This document shows positions 55,866 to 64,000 of a DNA stretch of 64,000 nt, in pieces. The notes beneath the pieces were generated by a model. It saw nothing but the letters and a program-made list of their open reading frames with translations, did no database searches and had not been told where the DNA came from. Both the position numbers and the translations under genes were made by a program. Each line of letters starts with the position of its first letter. Position 1 is the first letter of the stretch. Origin of the DNA: Planctomycetota bacterium (lineage in GTDB: Bacteria; Planctomycetota; B15-G4; JADJEK01); assembly GCA_044225365.1 (NCBI GenBank), contig JBGAIQ010000008.1, positions 32,001 to 96,000 of the forward strand, given 5' to 3'.

Positions 55866-56873
55866 TCAGGAGTGACCGCCGCAGTAGTAGCACGGAGGCG
55901 GCGTCTGACCCTCGGGGGAGTTCGGGTCGACGTCGTCGGGCTGCGGTTCGTTCTCGGGAACGCCATGGAGTTCGACGAGGTTCGCGGCCGGGAACAGATT
56001 CGAGGAGACCGGGATGAACGCATCGACGAAGATCCCGGGCGTCACGAGCGTGAAGTCGACGGGGTTGTTGTCGTGCGTGAACACGGTCGAGTTCGAGACG
56101 AAGACCGACACGCCGAGCATGTCGAAGCCCGACACGCCGACGCCGCCGACCATGCCGTAGAGGCGGATCGTTCCCTGCGCGTTCTTCTTCTGGATCTTGA
56201 TCGCGTCGAAGCCGCCGGTCGTGTTCGCCGCGCCATCGATGCTCACCCACTGCCCGACGTTGATCGAGGACAGATTCGAGAAGCCGTTGAGCGTGGTCGT
56301 CGGGAGGACGTCGAACGTGACGGCGCCGACCGAGATCGAGTTCGTCGTGACGTTGCTGACGGGAGCGATCACCGCCGCCGTCGCGCCCGCGCCCGAGCTC
56401 AACTTCAGCGGAGCGGAGAGGAACGGGACGACCGTGACCTGCGTCGCACCCGAGAGTCGATAGTGCGTCGCCGTCGTCGCATCGGCGAGCACGGCCTGGA
56501 GCGTGAACGAGGTGCCCACGGGCAGCGAGTCCAGCGAGTGCGGCGGGAGGTAGATCGTCGTGCTACCGCTCGCTCCGACCGAACCCTGGAGCATGAAGTA
56601 AGGCAGATCGAGGCGCACGTGCAGGGTGCCGAGGCCGACGACCTGGATACCCGGGTCGAACACGCCGGCGAGGAGCATGTACGACGCGTTCGGCTTGCCC
56701 GCGATGTCGAGGATGTTCGGGTCGAGTTGACCGAGGCTCGCGGTCAGCGGGAAGGCGCCGACGCTGTTCTGATCGACGACGAGCGACGCCGACGGCGTGT
56801 TGATGGCTTGACCGAAGGCAGCCGACGTGACGAGGAGACTGGCAGCGAGGATTCGCAGAGAGACTTTGCGCAT
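55866..56873 (-). CDS. Secreted protein: N-terminal copy of the shared domain + two DUF5666-like OB modules
   Basis: Signal peptide ending AFG, two repeats (G.V..V....F.V.G..V.V...T.F..L..G..V.V.G), C-terminal CYYCGGH. Confidence 0.8.
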   Translation of the reverse strand: MRKVSLRILAASLLVTSAAFGQAINTPSASLVVDQNSVGAFPLTASLGQLDPNILDIAGKPNASYMLLAGVFDPGIQVVGLGTLHVRLDLPYFMLQGSVGASGSTTIYLPPHSLDSLPVGTSFTLQAVLADATTATHYRLSGATQVTVVPFLSAPLKLSSGAGATAAVIAPVSNVTTNSISVGAVTFDVLPTTTLNGFSNLSSINVGQWVSIDGAANTTGGFDAIKIQKKNAQGTIRLYGMVGGVGVSGFDMLGVSVFVSNSTVFTHDNNPVDFTLVTPGIFVDAFIPVSSNLFPAANLVELHGVPENEPQPDDVDPNSPEGQTPPPCYYCGGHS

Positions 56874-57139
56874 GTGCGTTTCCGTTTCGGAAGGATGGGA
56901 AGGGAAGAACGAACGAGTGCCCGGAAAAACACACGCTGTGCCAGAGATGATCCGATGTCGACCGGCGACGCAAATCGTGATCGAAGAGTAGTTTCCTGAA
57001 TCGCGTGCGATGCCTCCGCGACGCGGGCTCCGGTTTCGAGCCTCGTGTCATCTCGATTCCAGCGTCCGTGATCGCGAAGTCGGGATCGTTCGTCGCGAAC
57101 GCTGGAAAATCCGCTTCTGCTCAGCGACCATGGCGCCCG

Positions 57140-60010
57140 ATGGAAGGTCCTGTGAACGACTCCGAGAGCGACGCCGTCTTCGAGCTGGTCCAGCGCTGCG
57201 TGGACGCTTTCGAGAGCGGCGGCATGCCTGCCGTCGACGCGCTGCTCGTCCACCATCCCGATTCCGCGACCAAGGCGCGACGCCGCATCGAGACCCTGCT
57301 CGAAGCAGGCCTCATCGATGCACCGGAAGGCGGCGCGGCGGCGATCCCGGAGCGACTCGGCGAGTTCCGTCTCATCGAGAAGCTCGGCGGAGGCGGCATG
57401 GGTGTCGTCTACCTCGCAGAGCAGGAAGGCCTCGCGCGACGCGTGGCTCTGAAGCTGATTCGCCCCGAGCACCTCTACTTCCCGGGCGCGAAGCAGCGCT
57501 TCCGTCGCGAGGTCGAAGCCGTTGCGCGTCTCTCGCATCCCGGCATCGTGCAGGTCTTCACCGTCGGCGAGGTGAAGGGCCTGCCCTATTTCGCGATGGA
57601 GCACGTCGTCGGCGCGAGCCTGGCCGAACTCGTCGCCTTGCTCTCGACTCGCAATCGAGTCCATCTCCGCGGGCGCGATCTCCTCGAGGCGACGGCCGCG
57701 ATCGCGGAGGTCGCACCCGACCTGCGCGGCAACGATGCGATGCAGATCGCGAACTCCAGTTGGACGGATGCTTGCACGTTCGTCCTGCGCAAGGTCGCCG
57801 AAGCGCTTCAGCACGCCCACGACCGTGGCGTCCTGCATCGCGACCTGAAGCCGAGCAACGTCATGCTCACGCCGGATGGACGGGTCCTCCTGCTCGACTT
57901 CGGACTCGCCGCGACCGAGGGCTCGACCCAGATCACCCAGACCGGAACGCAGTTCGGATCGATCGCGTACATGGCGCCCGAGCAACTTCTCGGCAAGCGC
58001 ACGCTCGACACCAGGACCGACGTCTACGGGCTCGGGGTCACCTACTACGAACTGCTCACCTTGCGCGTACCGTTCCTCGCCGACACCGCCGAAGTGACGA
58101 TGCGGCTGATCCTCGACGGCAATCCTCCGGCCATCCGGGCCTACAACGCACTCGTCCCCCGCGATGTCGAAACGGTGTGCTTGAAGGCGATCTCGCGCGA
58201 GCCCGGCGCTCGCTACGCCTCCGCCGCCGAATTCATGGCGGACCTCACGAACATCCTCGAGAAGCGTCCGATCGTGGCGCGCCGCCCGGGGCTCTTCGTC
58301 CGCACCCTGCGCTTCACCCAGCGTCATCCCGCGACGGCCGCCGCGGTCGTGCTCGGGTTCTCGACGTTCTTCGTCGCCCCCGGCGTCATCGCATGGCGCG
58401 AACATTCCGCGCGCGAGCGACTCGACCGCGTGCTCGCCGCCGAGCGCACCGCGCGTGAACGCGCCGAAGCCAACTACGCTCGCGCCCGGCATATCGTCGG
58501 CGTCGTCCAGGAACGCCTCGGCGATCGACGCCTCGACGACGTTCCCGAGATCGATGCGGTCGTACGGACCACCCTCGAGGACGTGCTTCCGATGTTCGAG
58601 GAGTTCCTGCGCGAACGCGGGGACGACGAGACTCTGCGCGCGGACGCCGCCGAGGCCGCCGAGCGCGTCGCCGAGATCGACCTACGTCTCGATCGGTTCG
58701 ATGCCGCGAAACAGGCGATCGATCGCGGACTCCTTCTCGCCGAGGAGACCCTGAGGAAGGCGCCTTCCGACCTCGCGGCACGCCGTCGCCTCGCCGGAAT
58801 GCTCGTCATCGCGAGCAACGTCGCGGACGCTCGCGGCAACAGCGATGAGGTGGAACGCCTCCTCACCCATTCGATCGAGGTGGCCAGTGTGACAAGCGGC
58901 GATCCCGCTCTCGATCTCGTCACGGTCAAGGCGCGCGCGTCGCTCGCCGCGGTGTGGAGCAATCGCGGCGAATACGATCGCGCGAAGAGCAAGGCGGAAG
59001 AGGCGCGCGATGGCTTTCAACGACTCCGCCTCGCGAACGCGAACGATCTCGAGAGCGTCGCCGGTCTCGCGAGCATCGAACAGACCCTGGGATTCATCGA
59101 GTCCTATCGGAAGGCGCACGACGACGCCGAACGCCATTTCGATGTCGCCCTCGAGGTGTTCGCCCAACTGCGCGCGCAGAACCGTTTCACCACCGACGAT
59201 TCCGTGGCGCAGACCATGGTCCGCCAAGGATTGGCCGGCGTGTACTCGCAGACGCAGCGCGCCGAAAAGGCGCTCGCCACGCAGCGCGACGCCGTCGCCG
59301 AATTCAAGGCGCTCGCCGATCGCTTTCCCGAGCGTCGCGACTTGAAACGGCATCTCGCCGTCGCATCGATCACCATCGGAAAGTACGAACTCGATCACGC
59401 CGACTGGGCGAACTCGATCAGCGACTCGACCCGCGCCCGCGATGAACTCGCCGCCCTCCTCGCCGCCGATCCCAAGGTCCCGGACGACTGGGGCAATCTC
59501 GCGACGGCCGAGATGAACGTCGCCGCGGGACACCTCGGGACGAGGAATCTCGCGCCGCATCGCGAAGCGCTTCAGCGCGCGATCGTCGCCGCCGAGAAGG
59601 CCGTCGAACTCGAGCCCACGCAAATCGATTGGAGGGATCGACTGCGCGACATCGTGGCCCGGCTCGGACTCGCCAACATCGCGCTCTACGACGTGGAGAA
59701 CGGCGCGGAATGCGCGGAACGCCTCGCGGACTTCGATCGCAAGGATCCGAGTCTCCTGCGCCGATCGGCGTCCCTCCTCGGTCGCTGCGCCCAGTTCGCG
59801 CTGAAACAACCGAAGGTCGACGCGAAGACCCGCAGCGAGAACTCGCAGGCCTACGTCCATCGCACGCTCGACCGCCTGGAAGAAGCCGTGAAGAACGGCT
59901 TCCACGACGCCGCAGAGCTCGGCAAGGCCGACGAACTGGCCCTCGCGCGGAAGGACCCTCGTTTCGCGGCGCTGTTGGAATCCCTGAAGCCGCCCGCGGA
60001 CGTTCGCTGA
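57140..60010 (+). CDS. Hanks-type Ser/Thr protein kinase with a TM helix and a TPR-like C-terminal region
   Basis: LGGGGMGVVY, VALK, RFRRE, HRDLKPSNV, DFGLA, YMAPEQ, DVYGLG. Alternative GTG start at 57152. Confidence 0.94.
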   Translation: MEGPVNDSESDAVFELVQRCVDAFESGGMPAVDALLVHHPDSATKARRRIETLLEAGLIDAPEGGAAAIPERLGEFRLIEKLGGGGMGVVYLAEQEGLARRVALKLIRPEHLYFPGAKQRFRREVEAVARLSHPGIVQVFTVGEVKGLPYFAMEHVVGASLAELVALLSTRNRVHLRGRDLLEATAAIAEVAPDLRGNDAMQIANSSWTDACTFVLRKVAEALQHAHDRGVLHRDLKPSNVMLTPDGRVLLLDFGLAATEGSTQITQTGTQFGSIAYMAPEQLLGKRTLDTRTDVYGLGVTYYELLTLRVPFLADTAEVTMRLILDGNPPAIRAYNALVPRDVETVCLKAISREPGARYASAAEFMADLTNILEKRPIVARRPGLFVRTLRFTQRHPATAAAVVLGFSTFFVAPGVIAWREHSARERLDRVLAAERTARERAEANYARARHIVGVVQERLGDRRLDDVPEIDAVVRTTLEDVLPMFEEFLRERGDDETLRADAAEAAERVAEIDLRLDRFDAAKQAIDRGLLLAEETLRKAPSDLAARRRLAGMLVIASNVADARGNSDEVERLLTHSIEVASVTSGDPALDLVTVKARASLAAVWSNRGEYDRAKSKAEEARDGFQRLRLANANDLESVAGLASIEQTLGFIESYRKAHDDAERHFDVALEVFAQLRAQNRFTTDDSVAQTMVRQGLAGVYSQTQRAEKALATQRDAVAEFKALADRFPERRDLKRHLAVASITIGKYELDHADWANSISDSTRARDELAALLAADPKVPDDWGNLATAEMNVAAGHLGTRNLAPHREALQRAIVAAEKAVELEPTQIDWRDRLRDIVARLGLANIALYDVENGAECAERLADFDRKDPSLLRRSASLLGRCAQFALKQPKVDAKTRSENSQAYVHRTLDRLEEAVKNGFHDAAELGKADELALARKDPRFAALLESLKPPADVR

Positions 60011-60050
60011 TCCGGTCGCGATTCGCGGGGAAGCGAGGCGCTTTCGCAGG

Positions 60051-60186
60051 GGTCGACGGCGGTCGACCCGGATTCAAGATAGGAGGCCGCGCTGGAGCGC
60101 GGCGGTCCAAGGACACGTCGGAAGGTCGACGGCGGACGACCCGGCTTCAAGATAGGAGGCCGCGCTGGAGCGCGGCGGTCCAAGGA
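60051..60186. repeat. Two tandem 63-bp repeats (period 73) with an internal palindrome, REP-like
   Basis: 60051-60113 vs 60124-60186, 61/63 identical; each contains GCCGCGCT-GG-AGCGCGGC. Confidence 0.9.
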
Positions 60187-60197
60187 TATGTTGGTAC

Positions 60198-61940
60198 CTA
60201 CGGGCCGATGCAGAGGACTTCGCGCAGGGAACGGTGGAACAGGCGGCCGTTCGCGTAGGAGATCGAGTTGAGCGACCAGGTGTCGCCCACGGGGCCGAGA
60301 TCCGACACCGAGAGCAGCGCGTGCTCGTCGAGGACTTTTGCCGCGCCGTCGATCACGTAGGTCAGGCCGAGCGTCGTCGTGAAGTAGATGTGATCGTTGA
60401 CCGCGGTCGGGCTGCCCCAGAACGCGGGGATCTCGAAGCCGTCGGTCCGCGAGCGGTCTTCCTTCACCGGATCGATTCCGCGAGAGTTCAGCGTGGCGGT
60501 GCGCTGCGCCTCGCCGTAGAGGAAGCGATCCGGTTTCCCGATCTCGCGTACGACCGACACGGGCAACTCGAGATACTCGACCTTGCCCGTCTCGATCGCA
60601 ACGCGACCGAGGCAGTGCGATGGACCCGCCTTGCCGTTCTTGCCCGGCCGCGTCGCGTTCGGAGCCGCATTGCGCCCGTGTGCCGTGCTGCACAGGAAGT
60701 AGTGGTATCCCGCGACCACGATGTTGGAGTGCCAGGCGGGATGCACGACGATGACGTCGTTCTTCGCATCGAACGCCATGCGCGGCGCGGGGTCGACGAG
60801 GTCGCGGAGGTTCACGTTGGGCAGATACTCGTAGCGACCCTTCTGCCGGTCGAATCGCCGCAGATCGACGCCATGCACGAGGGACTGCACCTTCTCGAGC
60901 TTGCCGTTGCGGGAATCGAACACGAGGTGACTCTCGATCGGATTCAGCTCGAACCAGTACGCATGGCGTGCGTCCCAGTGCTGCACGTAGAGCGCCTGCC
61001 AGGTCGGCGCGCCGAGCGTGCCCGGCTGAACCAGCGCTTCCCCGTTCGCATCGGTGCCCGCGATCCAACGCCACAACGTCTTTCCGGCGTCCTTCGCTCG
61101 CAAGCTCGTGAGGCCGATGCCGACGGGTGCCTCCGGGACGCCGTGCCATCCCCCGCGCCCATGCAGGATCGCTGGAACACCCTGGTCGGTGAACCCGAAG
61201 ACGGGCGTGTCGTAGGTCGTCGTCCCGTCCTCCGCGATCCACACCGTCGCACCCGTCTTCTTGTCGAGGGCACGCAGGTAGTTCCAGCCCTGCTTGCTGC
61301 CGTCTTTGCGCCGTGGATCGGATGGGTCGAGCGGCTCCACGTTCAAGATCCAGTCGCCGTAGGCGATCGGCTCGTACTGTTTGTTGAACGGAAACCCATC
61401 GGCCTCCGACCACGGCGTGAACGCGTGTTCCCAGACGAGGGTGCCGTCGTGCGTATAACACGCGACGTCGCCGCTCGCGTTGTAGAACCAGACGTGCTCG
61501 CCGTCGGTCAACGGCGTCGGTGTACTCGAATCCGAGTACGCGTAGAGATTGGGGCTCGGAACGCTTCCTCGCAGGACGCGCGACCAGAGGATCGCGCCCG
61601 TCTTCTCGTCGAGCGCGAATCCCACGACGTCCTTGGACATCTTCGCGGCATCGTCGCTCGGCGCTCCTGGTTCCGGTCGATACGGAGCGAGCGTTGTGAG
61701 GAAGACTCTCCCGCCGCCGATCGCGATGCCGCTCTGCCCACCTTCGGGCAAGGGCGTGCGCCACGCGATGTGCTCACCTCGAGTCACGCTCCACGAATCG
61801 GGCGGCGCCGGCACGCCGCGCACCTGCCAGTTCCCATCCGGGCCCGCGGCACCAGGCCACGCCGCGCTCGTCGTCGGATCCGAAGCGATCCGAAGGAGCG
61901 CGAGAAGGATCGAACTCGAAACGAGATGAATGAGCATCAT
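60198..61940 (-). CDS. PQQ-binding-like (BamB-like) beta-propeller protein, secreted
   Basis: WPGAAGP.G, IAWRTPLP..GQS, ALDEKTGAILW, PTPLTDG..V, WGSP, SIS.ANGRLFHRS...LCI. Confidence 0.85.
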   Translation of the reverse strand: MMLIHLVSSSILLALLRIASDPTTSAAWPGAAGPDGNWQVRGVPAPPDSWSVTRGEHIAWRTPLPEGGQSGIAIGGGRVFLTTLAPYRPEPGAPSDDAAKMSKDVVGFALDEKTGAILWSRVLRGSVPSPNLYAYSDSSTPTPLTDGEHVWFYNASGDVACYTHDGTLVWEHAFTPWSEADGFPFNKQYEPIAYGDWILNVEPLDPSDPRRKDGSKQGWNYLRALDKKTGATVWIAEDGTTTYDTPVFGFTDQGVPAILHGRGGWHGVPEAPVGIGLTSLRAKDAGKTLWRWIAGTDANGEALVQPGTLGAPTWQALYVQHWDARHAYWFELNPIESHLVFDSRNGKLEKVQSLVHGVDLRRFDRQKGRYEYLPNVNLRDLVDPAPRMAFDAKNDVIVVHPAWHSNIVVAGYHYFLCSTAHGRNAAPNATRPGKNGKAGPSHCLGRVAIETGKVEYLELPVSVVREIGKPDRFLYGEAQRTATLNSRGIDPVKEDRSRTDGFEIPAFWGSPTAVNDHIYFTTTLGLTYVIDGAAKVLDEHALLSVSDLGPVGDTWSLNSISYANGRLFHRSLREVLCIGP

Positions 61941-62121
61941 GCGCACGCGAGGCTACGAGGACGGCGCAGGGCTTTCGAGAGCCTTGCCATCGATTCACGA
62001 GAAGTTCGGACTGCGGCTTTTTGTGATTGATTTCGGCGCTTCAAGTCGCCGATCGAAACGGATTAGATTGTTGGATCACAACCAGGATCTCGCGCAGCTC
62101 GTAGGGCGCGCAGGACGAAAG

Positions 62122-62976
62122 ATGACGACGGCCCATCCCAGCACAGCGCTCACTCCTGAGAACACGTTCGCGTTCGGTCTGAAGGATGTCGATGAGCTGC
62201 CCTTCCCCCACGTCATGCGACGACCGTTCTTCCAGCCCGAGTTGTTCGCGCGGTTGAAGGAGCAGTTCCCCGGGAATTCCTACTTCGAGAACAAGGATCG
62301 AGTCGGCGGTCGCACCGACCGCGATCTCTATTCGGGCGACGCGGGCTACCAGGAGTTCCTCGATTCGGCGCCGGCATGGCGTCAGGTGCACGATTTCTTC
62401 GACTCGCCGGCCTTCGTCCAGTTCGGGCTCGGGCTGTTCGGAAAGTGGCTGAAGCCGCTCGGATCCGAAGTCGATCCGTCGCGCGCCCACCACGTCAACT
62501 ACATCGAGCCGCGCGAGAACCTCGCGCGCAAGCGCTCGAAACTCACGAAGCTGCTCCGCCGGGTCCCACTCGCCAGCCGACTCGTCGACCCGCGGCACGA
62601 CGTGCAGGTCAACGATCTCTTCGTGCGCCTCGATTTCGAGCAATGCGATGTCGGCTACACCAAGAAGGTGCATTGCGACTTGCCGAATCGCCTGTTCTCC
62701 ATGATCGTGTACTTCGACGACGCCGATGCGATCGGAATGGTCGGCGGCGATCTGCAGATCCACGAACATCGGGAGCGGAAGTCCCCGCTCGGCTACGAAC
62801 GATACCCCCACGACGAGAACACCCGAGTGGTGCACACCGTGAAGTCGCAGGCGAATTCCGGCCTCGTCTTCCTGTGCTGCAACAATTCGTATCACAGCGT
62901 GACGCCGATCACGGCGCTGAAGAGCTACCGCCGGTACATCTACGTGAGCATCTCGAGCGTCGCCGACGCCTGGTGA
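62122..62976 (+). CDS. 2OG-Fe(II) oxygenase
   Basis: PFPH, HCD (HxD), YF..GGDL, N.GLVF....SYHSV, distal Arg. Confidence 0.82.
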   Translation: MTTAHPSTALTPENTFAFGLKDVDELPFPHVMRRPFFQPELFARLKEQFPGNSYFENKDRVGGRTDRDLYSGDAGYQEFLDSAPAWRQVHDFFDSPAFVQFGLGLFGKWLKPLGSEVDPSRAHHVNYIEPRENLARKRSKLTKLLRRVPLASRLVDPRHDVQVNDLFVRLDFEQCDVGYTKKVHCDLPNRLFSMIVYFDDADAIGMVGGDLQIHEHRERKSPLGYERYPHDENTRVVHTVKSQANSGLVFLCCNNSYHSVTPITALKSYRRYIYVSISSVADAW

Positions 62977-62992
62977 CTTCGACGGTACGGGA

Positions 62993-63955
62993 CTACGGCG
63001 ATCTCGCTCGCCCGATCTCTTCGTTCGCGAGACTCTCCACGTGTTCGCGCACGGTCCGGACGTCGAATGCGCGGGTGAAGATCTCGAGATACTCCCGCAG
63101 CCGCTTCAGCTTCGTCTCACCGTCGACGTTCATCCCCGGGAAGAACGCGAGGGCATGAAGATCGTCGCGACCGAGGAAATCGAGCGGATGGAGCAGCAGG
63201 CAGGGCTTCACCGCGAACACGCGACACGCCGCGATCGCCCATCGAAAGTACGTTCGCGCGAGCCATGGCGAGAACGTCGACAGATACAGCAGGTAGCTCG
63301 CGTGGATCGGCAGTCGCAGGAGAGGGAACGTGGTGACCGGGAGTTCGAGGAGTTCGCCAGCGGCGAGCTTCCAGCGATACGCACCGAGCGGTAGGAAACC
63401 GTTCGCCGCGCCGCCGAAGAGTTCCTTGCGCTGCGCGCGCTCCTGCGAGGACAGACTGGACTTGAAGAAGTAGTACATCCTCGCGAGCGGACCGATGAAC
63501 GTCGGAAACGTCGACGTGTCGTAGAGGTAGTCCCGCTGCTTCAGGATGCGCAAGGTCGCGGGACTGAACGAGAAGCCGGGGCCGCGGAAGCCGCGCGGTC
63601 GCACGCCCGTCGCCGCGACGATGCTCTCCTCCGCGCTCACCAGCTCCCGTTCCATCTCCTCGTCCGAGTAGAGATGGAGCCACGGTTCATGGCGGAAGGA
63701 ATGGGATCCGATCTCGTGTCCGGCCAGCGCGAGTCGTCTCAACGCGGCGTGGTTCTTCTCGAGCGCGGCGTCCTGCCCCACCACGAAGATCGTGGCCTTC
63801 AAATCCAGCGCCGCCAGGAAGTCGACGACACGCGGCACCAAGGTGTCGAGATAACTCGGGTACGTCTCCCAACCGGGATCGCCATGCGTGCGCATGTACG
63901 ACCACTGGTTGTCGAGATCGAGGGAGACGCTCGCGATCGGGCGTTTCGACGTCAC
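62993..63955 (-). CDS. Polysaccharide deacetylase (CE4/NodB-like)
   Basis: SLDLDN, ATIFVVG, GHEIGSHS..H, GFRGPG, YDTS, ELPVT, LHPLDF. Confidence 0.9.
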   Translation of the reverse strand: MTSKRPIASVSLDLDNQWSYMRTHGDPGWETYPSYLDTLVPRVVDFLAALDLKATIFVVGQDAALEKNHAALRRLALAGHEIGSHSFRHEPWLHLYSDEEMERELVSAEESIVAATGVRPRGFRGPGFSFSPATLRILKQRDYLYDTSTFPTFIGPLARMYYFFKSSLSSQERAQRKELFGGAANGFLPLGAYRWKLAAGELLELPVTTFPLLRLPIHASYLLYLSTFSPWLARTYFRWAIAACRVFAVKPCLLLHPLDFLGRDDLHALAFFPGMNVDGETKLKRLREYLEIFTRAFDVRTVREHVESLANEEIGRARSP

Positions 63956-64000
63956 GCAGGGCCTCCCGCCAGGACGCTCGCAGCGACGGAATCGGCGAGC
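63952..64000 (-). CDS. 3' end of a gene truncated by the window edge (..LADSVAASVLAGGPA*)
   Basis: Open frame ending in a GTGA overlap with the deacetylase start. Confidence 0.5.
   Translation of the reverse strand, partial: LADSVAASVLAGGPA

Noticed and set aside
56929-56943. sigma54-like TGGCACAGCGTGTGT upstream of the DUF5666-like gene (minus strand)
   Set aside because: Good -24 box, but -12 is GT rather than GC.
60051-60186. Mini CRISPR array
   Set aside because: Only two units, a 63-bp repeat with a 10-bp gap, and no cas genes. REP-like or a local duplication fits better.

Overview
GC-rich (roughly 65-70% by eye), gene-dense bacterial chromosome segment. The gene repertoire (tricorn protease, DUF3500, PQQ-type propeller, ZAS anti-sigma with a prenyltransferase-like barrel, TPR Ser/Thr kinase, double-length UvrA) suggests an uncultured Planctomycetota/PVC lineage; this is an inference. 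I see no rRNA, tRNA, CRISPR array, integrase or transposase. Main blocks: (1) secreted and redox enzymes at 1-13 kb; (2) a long minus-strand run from double UvrA through XPB, its partner, thiE-like, Clp-like, thiL, tsaE, ECF sigma/anti-sigma, lipoprotein and TolC to an RDD protein (34.9-14.4 kb); (3) secreted proteins, a GT2/GT-C pair and a pentaheme cytochrome (35-44 kb); (4) a flagellar operon flgFGAHIJNKL behind a sigma54-like promoter (45-54.5 kb); (5) secreted proteins, a kinase, a REP-like tandem repeat and the edge of a probable polysaccharide locus. The two strongest candidate novel systems are: (A) a ~120-aa domain with an ungapped Q-x4-D-x9-[ST]-[NPG]-[AG] motif shared by five otherwise unrelated secreted proteins (C-terminal in four), which behaves like a surface-sorting or anchoring tag; (B) a translationally coupled tandem-UvrA / XPB / p52(Tfb2)-like triplet, suggesting a hybrid bacterial/TFIIH-like excision-repair module. 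All family assignments come from motif recognition by eye, not database searches.
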